The translations under genes were made by a program, and so were the position numbers. From assembly GCA_035409945.1 (NCBI GenBank), contig DAONQC010000001.1, positions 87,361-151,360 of the forward strand: a stretch of DNA of 64,000 nucleotides, written 5' to 3'. This DNA comes from Clostridia bacterium. GTDB taxonomy: Bacteria; Bacillota; Clostridia; Christensenellales; DTU072. Shown piece after piece: positions 30,834-38,519 of the stretch; within the stretch, counting starts at the first letter, position 1; the number at the start of each line of letters is the position of its first letter. Under the pieces are notes generated by a model. That model saw nothing but the letters and a program-made list of their open reading frames with translations. It made no database searches and had not been told where the DNA came from.

Positions 30834-31379
30834 TTAGTACTCCGGTGATATTAAACCATAATTTCCGTCCATTCGTTTATATACAACAGAAACTTTATTA
30901 TCTTCGGCATTCAAAAACACATAAAATGAGTGATCTAGCAACTCCATTTCTTCTATTGCTTGCTCTGGTGTGATAATCGATATATGATAGTTTTTGACTT
31001 TTAAAATTTTATTGTGTGACATTTCAGGGAACGAAGAGTCGTTTTCATCCTCTAGCAAAACTGAATTTGATTTTTGATTATATTCCCCCTTTCTCTTCCT
31101 AATTTTTGTAAGTTGTGATTCTAACTTCGGTATTACTTTATCTATGTTATCCCACATGTTATAGGATGTATGTTCTGACCTTATGATTTGACCTTTTATC
31201 TGTATACTTATTTCTAAAGTGAATTTGTACTGCTCGCCCTCTTTCCCGAAACTTTTTAACATTACTGTAGTAACAGTATCTTCTGGAACGAACTTATCTA
31301 AAACTTTTAATTTGTTTGTAATTACTCTTTCTATTCTCTTATTGTCTCCGTAGTTCTTAGTTTTAAAATTGATAATCAT
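30834..31379 (-). CDS. hpf: Ribosome hibernation-promoting factor, long form
   Basis: 181 aa with an N-terminal RaiA/YfiA fold and the C-terminal dimerisation domain (MELLDHSFYVFLNAEDNKVSVVYKRMDGNYGLI). Confidence 0.88.
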   Translation of the reverse strand: MIINFKTKNYGDNKRIERVITNKLKVLDKFVPEDTVTTVMLKSFGKEGEQYKFTLEISIQIKGQIIRSEHTSYNMWDNIDKVIPKLESQLTKIRKRKGEYNQKSNSVLLEDENDSSFPEMSHNKILKVKNYHISIITPEQAIEEMELLDHSFYVFLNAEDNKVSVVYKRMDGNYGLISPEY

Positions 31380-31588
31380 AAAATCCTCCTATAGTATATA
31401 TAAAATTGAGAAACGAACTTTTTAAAATAAATTAACTTTAACAACAACGTAAATCTATAATTATGTTTATTGATTGTTTATGTATTAATTATACAACTAA
31501 CAACATTTATGTGCAATATTTAAAGATATTGCATAAACCAATAAAGTTATACTGCTAATAAGTTTGTATAAGATTTTTTATTAATATC

Positions 31589-31617
31589 TTGACAAAAATC
31601 ATTGCTTGTAATAATAT
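31589..31617 (+). promoter_or_regulatory. Sigma-A promoter for the two tRNA-Leu genes
   Basis: TTGACA-N17-TAATAT, with the -10 ending 14 nt before the tRNA 5' end. Confidence 0.6.
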
Positions 31618-31631
31618 ACAACATAGTACTT

Positions 31632-31718
31632 GCGGGCGTGGCGGAATTGGCAGACGCGTTAGATTCAGGTTCTAATGGTTGCAAGGCTGTGCAGGTTCAA
31701 GTCCTGTCGCCCGCACCA
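31632..31718 (+). tRNA. tRNA-Leu (CAG), class II
   Basis: GCGGGCGTGGCGGAATTGGCAGACGCGTTAGATTCAGGTTCTAATGGTTGCAAGGCTGTGCAGGTTCAAGTCCTGTCGCCCGCACCA. The anticodon loop is TTCAGGT. Confidence 0.9.
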
Positions 31719-31759
31719 TGCACAAGAACACATTTCTAGCGTATTAACATTTTATATAT

Positions 31760-31843
31760 GCGGTCGTGGCGGAACTGGCAGACGCGTACGTTTGAGGGGC
31801 GTATGGTTATACCGTATGGGTTCAAGTCCCATCGACCGCACCA
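31760..31843 (+). tRNA. tRNA-Leu (GAG), class II
   Basis: GCGGTCGTGGCGGAACTGGCAGACGCGTACGTTTGAGGGGCGTATGGTTATACCGTATGGGTTCAAGTCCCATCGACCGCACCA. The anticodon loop is TTGAGGG. Confidence 0.88.
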
Positions 31844-31863
31844 ATTTAATTCATTTTCTTACA

Positions 31864-31889
31864 ATCAGCTTTTTGCTGATATTTTTTTG
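31864..31889 (+). terminator. Terminator hairpin between the convergent tRNA-Leu genes and the PurL-like gene
   Basis: ATCAGC-ttttt-GCTGAT followed by ATTTTTTT. Confidence 0.6.
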
Positions 31890-31895
31890 TCGAAT

Positions 31896-34895
31896 TTATT
31901 TATCAGGACTGAAAAAATATTCTTTGGCATTTTTGAACATGCCATCAAGGAGTTCTGCTGTTCCTCCAGGTATATGGTAAGTTTTTTCAATCGAAGTGAA
32001 AAATCCAAGGACCCTACCATTTGGAGACATAATACTGCTCATTGAAAAAGATGAACCTAGCGAATTATCTAATACTTTTGACGTAATGTCACCATTGTCA
32101 TCAATATATTGAGATGTAATCTGATTATTTTTAATTAATAGTTCACCTAGCTTTTCATCCACTTTAATTTTCATCATGTTTTCTGGAAATGCGGTTTTAT
32201 AAACCGAACCAATTTTGGTTTTAGATAACCATATTGAATCATTAGAAGAAATACGTATTCTTTGTGTCAGTGCTTTAATATTATTAACATTGTTATCTTG
32301 AAATTTAATCGGCGCGTTTTCTGAATTGCCATATGGTAAATACCCCAATTTAAATAGCGCTCTCGTTCCTTCGCCACAGCCCAATATCAACCCTAAATTC
32401 CTAATGGCAACTTCATTTATGGCATCTATGATTTCTGGACGTTTTAGTATAGAATATAACAAGTCTCCAGAAAATTTATTGTTCACAGTATTTTGACCAC
32501 ATAGTACAATAATATTTGCTTTCGAAATATCTATTCTTAAACCGCGAACAAACATATCGTTTATATAAATCGTATCAGTGAAATCACGTAAGTTTACACT
32601 AAAGCCTGCCTTATGGCATATTCCTCTAAATATATCACCAGAAACCTTATCAAAAGTTAAAATTAATACTTCAGGTTTATGCAAATATTTATTGAAAAAC
32701 TGAGTTTGTTCAAGCTTTTGCGTTGTAAATGCTGATGTAACTTTCCCATCCCCCATATCTATATTTTGTTTCTTTACAACATCATAATTTGCATTATACG
32801 GCTGCCCTTTTACATCTCTAAACACACCCGTTGCATCAACAACGCCAACATATAGGCTTTTAAGTGCTCCCATTTCTTTTATGTCAGAAACAGAAATTAA
32901 AAGGCCACCCTTTTCTTCATTGCCATTTAGATATCTATCTTCACTAAACGCGAGAGAAAAACCCAGTCCATTACCAATAATAGATGACATAATTGATTTA
33001 TTAATAGATTTTTCTACCACAATTGCAGATTGTATATTGCCGGACATTATCTGCATATTGATGGCACTAGTTAATTTAAGAAAATATTTTAAATCAGGCA
33101 CACCATAATCATCTTTTTCAATTGGAAAATAGAACAATTTTTGACCAACTTTAAATTGATTTGCAATAGTTGTGCTATTTGAATAACCTATGGCATGAGA
33201 AATAACTTGTAGGCTTTTACAACTATCACTTTTTTTTATGTCTGCTTTAATATTAGGGATAGAAAGGATCATTTGCGAATAAAAAACAGCTAATATGGCC
33301 TCCAATACTTTCCCCATATCATCAATGTTTGTTGGATAATAAAGGGAGATTGTTGTTGCTATGTGATGCGTTGGCACCCCTAATAAAACAAGCTTTAAAA
33401 CCGACATAATCATTGACTCTAGTACTGTTATAAAAATTGTTTTGTTGTTGGACTCGATGGTGGATGAAAAAAACAATTTCAACTTATCAAAACCGCATTC
33501 ATCAAACACAAACATATATGCTTGTGATTTCGTGTTTTGCCTTTCTCCGATAAACTGCGGCAAAGCAGTTTTACCTCCTTTGAATATATCAAATTTCAAA
33601 CAAGCATCGTCGTTGGGTTTGTTGATTTGTGTTTTATTTAGTCTTAATTTTGAGCAAGGTTCAATCATATTATCAAGTTCAATTTTTAGCACAGTTTCAT
33701 TATGGAAGTTCCCCCACAATACCTTATGAGTTAAATTAAAAATTGTTAGAGGACCTTTTAAAATTCTTATTGCCTTACTTTTAGTGATTTTACCTATATC
33801 AAAAATAGAAAAACTTCTTTGTTCACAAAATTCAGTAAAAGCATATTTTTCTTCTGGTTTTACTATTGCAACGATGTATTGATGCGTTGGATTCATAAAG
33901 AAATTTTCAAAACTTTCTGTTTTTAATGGTAGCTTTTCAAATAATATATCAATACCTTTTGCAATTTGAACAAGTGCATTAAACAAACCTGCTTCACATG
34001 TATAAGGTTTGACATTAAAATGATAAAAAGCACCTTCATTCGCAAGACGACAGAAATCTATTCCTTTCAAATGATCCTTTTGATTAGTACACACCAACAA
34101 AATTCTATCTCCATTATTATGTTCAGCTGCTTTTTTCAATCTAAAATGAGAAGTTTTTAACATGGTAACTTCATTAATCCCTTCAAAGCATATGGAATTA
34201 TCATAAAATGGTATTTGTAACATACAGGCAACATTTAAGTCATCTGCAATTTTAGATATGGCTTTGTGTGAAGTCTCGCTGTTGATAGTATTTTCTATTA
34301 TCGCTAGAGGTTCAAAACCATCTAAAGATGATTTATATACGACACTCTCCACAGATGATATAAGCTCATCAAAAGAAGTACTATGGTTAATATTAATAGA
34401 GAGATTATTATTCTCACCATCACCGGTGCCTTTGCAACAAAAAACTACACTATCATCATTTTTGTTGTGGAAGATTGTACCAAGATTTTGGGATGATAAT
34501 TCAGATATTGCTAACTTTAAAAATGATTCTATTGTTTTTTCTCTAGGTTTGTTAAGTTTTAAATTGATTTTATTGTATAGATCAAGGGATTTATTTATAT
34601 GTGGATTTTGGGACAATATTTCAATTTTGTTAATATAAGAATTCAGTATGTATTTATCCGTACGTCTAAATTTGTCAATTGCTATTAATTCTAGTGAAGA
34701 AGGTTCTGTATTTATGCCTCTATAATACTCTTCAATTTCAATTAAGTCATCTTTAGATAATTTTAATTCAAGTTCCAGTATCAACTGTTCTAACTGAGTA
34801 TTCGTGAAAGTTGTAAAGCCATCTATTTTTTTATTAATAGGTTGAAAATCAAAAGATTCTGCCGTTTGTCCTGTTTCTGCGATAAATTTAATCAT
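31896..34895 (-). CDS. FGAM synthase (PurL)-like protein lacking recognisable catalytic residues; probable pseudoenzyme
   Basis: 999 aa with no signal peptide. By eye it is collinear with single-chain PurL from the linker region through the AIRS-like domains to the C-terminal triad-glutaminase domain, but the key motifs are replaced (details in findings). Its ATG overlaps the upstream stop in an ATGA, and it has no SD of its own. Confidence 0.65.
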   Translation of the reverse strand: MIKFIAETGQTAESFDFQPINKKIDGFTTFTNTQLEQLILELELKLSKDDLIEIEEYYRGINTEPSSLELIAIDKFRRTDKYILNSYINKIEILSQNPHINKSLDLYNKINLKLNKPREKTIESFLKLAISELSSQNLGTIFHNKNDDSVVFCCKGTGDGENNNLSININHSTSFDELISSVESVVYKSSLDGFEPLAIIENTINSETSHKAISKIADDLNVACMLQIPFYDNSICFEGINEVTMLKTSHFRLKKAAEHNNGDRILLVCTNQKDHLKGIDFCRLANEGAFYHFNVKPYTCEAGLFNALVQIAKGIDILFEKLPLKTESFENFFMNPTHQYIVAIVKPEEKYAFTEFCEQRSFSIFDIGKITKSKAIRILKGPLTIFNLTHKVLWGNFHNETVLKIELDNMIEPCSKLRLNKTQINKPNDDACLKFDIFKGGKTALPQFIGERQNTKSQAYMFVFDECGFDKLKLFFSSTIESNNKTIFITVLESMIMSVLKLVLLGVPTHHIATTISLYYPTNIDDMGKVLEAILAVFYSQMILSIPNIKADIKKSDSCKSLQVISHAIGYSNSTTIANQFKVGQKLFYFPIEKDDYGVPDLKYFLKLTSAINMQIMSGNIQSAIVVEKSINKSIMSSIIGNGLGFSLAFSEDRYLNGNEEKGGLLISVSDIKEMGALKSLYVGVVDATGVFRDVKGQPYNANYDVVKKQNIDMGDGKVTSAFTTQKLEQTQFFNKYLHKPEVLILTFDKVSGDIFRGICHKAGFSVNLRDFTDTIYINDMFVRGLRIDISKANIIVLCGQNTVNNKFSGDLLYSILKRPEIIDAINEVAIRNLGLILGCGEGTRALFKLGYLPYGNSENAPIKFQDNNVNNIKALTQRIRISSNDSIWLSKTKIGSVYKTAFPENMMKIKVDEKLGELLIKNNQITSQYIDDNGDITSKVLDNSLGSSFSMSSIMSPNGRVLGFFTSIEKTYHIPGGTAELLDGMFKNAKEYFFSPDK

Positions 34896-37800
34896 GTAAT
34901 TTCAATCAATGTATTATTCTCTTCACTGAAAAATGTTGTTACAAACTGATCTTCTCTGTAACTTTCAATATTAGTTACTTCTAGCTTACAAGTAGTTGAG
35001 ATCCCTTTAAACGAATTAACAGAGAAACTTACTTTATGATTTTCTCTTTTGATAGTAATAGTGTTTAAAACATTACAGCCTGAAAAAGCCTCATTCCCAA
35101 TAAGGTCGATTTTACTATCTTTATTAAATGTTATGCTTATTATGTTACTAGGTCTGTCGCTAAAAATTTTTGTTTTAAAAGCTCCATCTGCTATAGCAAT
35201 GATTTCGTCTGGAATAGAAACCTCATTAGACTCACTTTTCTCGTAGTTATACGTTAAGAGCACTTGTCCTAATTTGATAAACTCTTCGTTGGATTGTGTC
35301 ATATACCAGGGGTTGTCTTCGTTTAACACACATTCCCCCAATGTTTTGAGATTAGAATTTTCTCCTATTGAGACGGTACTTAATTTATAACAACCTTTGA
35401 AAGCAAAGCTTTCAATTGCAGTAACTTCATTTGGTATATTGAAGGACAACAGATTTTCACAACCTGAAAATGCCATCCTACCTATTCTGGATAAGTTAGA
35501 ACCATTAAAATTGTCATCTAAATCAAGGAAACTAATATGTTTTATGTTCTTACAATTAGCAAAGGCACCAGGTATAATTTCTTGAGTATTAGATGAAATT
35601 TCATATGTATTATTAGCATAAGTTTTTTGAGCGGGAACTAAATAGATTTTGGTATTATCAGTAGATACAATGGAATCTTGAGCATCTAAAACAAAACAAT
35701 CATTACCATCAAAGCTAATTGTTTCTAAAAGACTACAACCTAAGAAAGCCAAGTCTCCTATATGAATTATTGAACTAGGGATTGAAATTTTATTAAATTT
35801 AACTCCATGATCATAGGAAGCAAAAGCTCCTGACGCAATTGAAACAACAGGTTTCCCATTGTGTTTTGCAGGGATAACCATTTCTCCTATTTCAACATTT
35901 TTAATCGCAGGATTGTAATTAACAAGTTTATATGATGTTTGTTCAGCCGAATAATATTCAAATTCTAAACCTTCTGTTCCTGCTAATAAGTCAGTCCAAT
36001 AAGCATAAAAACTCGTTTCGCCTTTAATTGTTACTTCTGAATTGCTTTCTATCATTTCTGAAGTGTAATTACTATCTGTAAAACACCCCATGTATTGGAA
36101 ATTGCTTTCCCTTCCATCATCAGGATATTTAGGAACTTCTGTAAAATATGTACTTGGGTTTATAGGCGAACCATGTTCGACTATCATTTCTTTTTGTGTA
36201 TAATTTTTTATAATCTCATAATTGGGCTCGCTCCCAGTTATTTTCCACGTATATAAACTAACATTATATTCATTAATTTTGAGTAACGGTGTAAAAGATC
36301 TATCTAAGAAAGGCTCTGCATTAAATTGTCTAAAATCCTTAATTTCAATTTGATTAGACTCGCTAAAATAATACTCTTCCGAAGGATGAACTGTCCCTAT
36401 ATAATTCCAGTACGCAATATTTTCAGCGGACGGAACTATTCCTAATGTAGAATTTTGTTCACATTGATAAAAACCTTCATTATAACGTACTAATTCATTT
36501 TTTTGATATTCTGTATCTGCGCTATAATCCACACAGTTCTTTTTATGTCTCCATCCAATAATTGTATAACCTTCTATGTTATAACTAGGAGGCGTAGTTA
36601 GAGAATTAGGTCTAACTGTTTGTCTTATTGCGTTGTATTCTCCATACTCTGAAGGAATCACAAAATCAACAATATAGTCTCTATATTCCCACACAGCCCT
36701 AAGAATCCGTTCATCTGCAATATGAGAAACTCTAAATGGGAATGTTATATCCTTCCTATTAACTTGCCACTTCACATTAATATATTTAACATCGAAACCA
36801 TCATACTCTTGTTCGCCAATAGTCAAATTTTGATATAAGTTAATCATGTCCGTCTGTATAAGCTCAGTCCCAAATTCATATTCACGAGTTATAGTGAGGG
36901 CATCACTATAATCGCTATCATGCCTAAACATCTCAAATTTAAACTGCACTGGATATTTATTAGCATCATATATCGCATAAACATTCGTATTACCTTTGAT
37001 GTAAAAGTCTGATATGTCAACTTTCTGCTTATTGCCACTTTCAAGTATAGACCAAAAACCAGTGTGTCCATCTTTGTTTGGTGGTTCTGGTGGATTTTGC
37101 AATATACTATTATAGTCAACTCCTGTTCTTCTTAAATCTAAGATTTCATTTTCATCTTCGTCTAAAAATCTTACTTGATATTTTAACTTAGTATATCTAG
37201 CTACTATGTTGTAATCTCTGAAAACACCTGTTTTAAAATCGTGAATAACCGTGTTGTTGTTATCATAATCTACCCATTCAACACTATGCCCATCAACCTG
37301 CACTGCTGATAAAGGAGAAAAGTGCGTATCGAATGATTCGCCATATCTTACGTTTTCTATTATAGGCGTAAAAGTAGATCCGTCTAGCGGAGATATAGCA
37401 CTGTATTTAACTGTAAAAGTTTTTGTCCTATATTCTAAAAGAATTCGAAAATTTGCTATTACTTCAACCGTAGTGTCTTGATCATCAACATATGTGTATT
37501 CTTGATAGGACTCAGGTACATTGTCTACAATTTTTTGTACACTGTATTTTACAAAATCACTACTAGGAAACCTATCAGGGATTCTCAGTGTGATTATAGA
37601 ACCGTGTTTGAATGTTTGTTTATTAACCCCAGGAATATCTTGTATTGCACCATCTATACTAATCTTATATTCAACTGACCAATTATCAGGCGATTCCCAT
37701 TTAGCATACAGGGTAATATCTTTGGTAACTATTTTGCCAGTAACATATTTTGTCTCAATTCTATCAATATCTTCAAACCAGCCTGCAAATATATACCCTT

Positions 37801-38269
37801 CTCTTTTGGGTACAACTATGGCATCCATTTCGCTCAATGACTTAGTTATTACTTTACTATTCACATCGGATCCGAAATATCCTTCACTAGCATTAAATGT
37901 AACATTAAATTCTGATATGATTGGTTTCGGTTTAACAGTGACTGTTACAAAGGTTCTTTCCCCCTTGTATAAAATTTCAAGCGTTTTCGTGCCAACAGTA
38001 TTTAATTTATCACGTTCTGCATCATCTTTGAGTATTTCAGGCGTCAATCTAATTTGTTCTAACAAATTATCTCCTGAAAAAACGTTGAGAGTATAATCTC
38101 TCCATTCGACCGCATCTGTATCACTTTTAAAAAAAATAATATCCTCAGAGGAAGTAACCGTAATATTATTACCTGATTGCACTACTTCATCTGGTTTGCA
38201 TCCAATTAATGTAAACACTAAAATAGCAATCGCTATGGTTATTAGAAAAATTATTAGTTTTTTGATCAT
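34892..38269 (-). CDS. Giant surface lipoprotein with Listeria-Bacteroides (Flg_new) repeats and BspA-type leucine-rich repeats
   Basis: 1125 aa. The signal peptide plus lipobox is MIKKLIIFLITIAIAILVFTLIGC. Repeats include FNASEGYF...REGYIFAGWFED...LYAKW, GHTGFWS and GYTIIGWRH. C-terminal LRR units include IASGAFAS, IGDLAFLGCSLLETISF, IGRMAFSGCENLLSFNIP, IESFAFKGCYKLSTVSI and IGNEAFSGCNVLNTITI. Confidence 0.8.
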   Translation of the reverse strand: MIKKLIIFLITIAIAILVFTLIGCKPDEVVQSGNNITVTSSEDIIFFKSDTDAVEWRDYTLNVFSGDNLLEQIRLTPEILKDDAERDKLNTVGTKTLEILYKGERTFVTVTVKPKPIISEFNVTFNASEGYFGSDVNSKVITKSLSEMDAIVVPKREGYIFAGWFEDIDRIETKYVTGKIVTKDITLYAKWESPDNWSVEYKISIDGAIQDIPGVNKQTFKHGSIITLRIPDRFPSSDFVKYSVQKIVDNVPESYQEYTYVDDQDTTVEVIANFRILLEYRTKTFTVKYSAISPLDGSTFTPIIENVRYGESFDTHFSPLSAVQVDGHSVEWVDYDNNNTVIHDFKTGVFRDYNIVARYTKLKYQVRFLDEDENEILDLRRTGVDYNSILQNPPEPPNKDGHTGFWSILESGNKQKVDISDFYIKGNTNVYAIYDANKYPVQFKFEMFRHDSDYSDALTITREYEFGTELIQTDMINLYQNLTIGEQEYDGFDVKYINVKWQVNRKDITFPFRVSHIADERILRAVWEYRDYIVDFVIPSEYGEYNAIRQTVRPNSLTTPPSYNIEGYTIIGWRHKKNCVDYSADTEYQKNELVRYNEGFYQCEQNSTLGIVPSAENIAYWNYIGTVHPSEEYYFSESNQIEIKDFRQFNAEPFLDRSFTPLLKINEYNVSLYTWKITGSEPNYEIIKNYTQKEMIVEHGSPINPSTYFTEVPKYPDDGRESNFQYMGCFTDSNYTSEMIESNSEVTIKGETSFYAYWTDLLAGTEGLEFEYYSAEQTSYKLVNYNPAIKNVEIGEMVIPAKHNGKPVVSIASGAFASYDHGVKFNKISIPSSIIHIGDLAFLGCSLLETISFDGNDCFVLDAQDSIVSTDNTKIYLVPAQKTYANNTYEISSNTQEIIPGAFANCKNIKHISFLDLDDNFNGSNLSRIGRMAFSGCENLLSFNIPNEVTAIESFAFKGCYKLSTVSIGENSNLKTLGECVLNEDNPWYMTQSNEEFIKLGQVLLTYNYEKSESNEVSIPDEIIAIADGAFKTKIFSDRPSNIISITFNKDSKIDLIGNEAFSGCNVLNTITIKRENHKVSFSVNSFKGISTTCKLEVTNIESYREDQFVTTFFSEENNTLIEIT

Positions 38270-38277
38270 AATAGTTT

Positions 38278-38312
38278 TAAGATTACATACATCATTATAA
38301 GATTACATACAT
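38278..38312 (-). repeat. Two copies of a 15-bp direct repeat (period 20 bp) in the 5' leader of the lipoprotein gene
   Basis: On the plus strand, TAAGATTACATACAT occurs at 38278-38292 and 38298-38312. On the minus strand the unit is ATGTATGTAATCTTA. Confidence 0.8.
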
Positions 38313-38330
38313 AATTATTTACATATTAAT

Positions 38331-38359
38331 ATTTAACATTAAAATTAATTAATAGTCAA
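38331..38359 (-). promoter_or_regulatory. Candidate promoter of the lipoprotein/PurL-like operon
   Basis: The minus strand reads TTGACT-N17-(TGt)TTAAAT. The -10 ends 18 nt upstream of the first ATGTATGTAA repeat. Confidence 0.35.
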
Positions 38360-38470
38360 TGTATAGATTAATCTCGTGAGCGCGCGTCACTAAATTTTCA
38401 GGTACTTTTCAATTTAAGAAAATACTGTTAGAATTCTCTAATTAGGCAAAGACTAGAGTCAGAGGTTATT

Positions 38471-38496
38471 AAAAACGGCTATTTCCCAATAGCCGT
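38471..38496 (-). terminator. Rho-independent terminator after pnp
   Basis: The minus strand reads ACGGCTAT-tgggaa-ATAGCCGT followed by TTTTTAAT. Confidence 0.7.
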
Positions 38497-38519
38497 ATCC
38501 CATTTTGAATGATATATAA

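Noticed and set aside
36889-37119. A 76-aa same-strand, out-of-frame ORF inside the 1125-aa lipoprotein gene.
   Set aside because: It is fully nested in an alternative frame with no SD. The main frame carries recognisable repeat motifs across this stretch.
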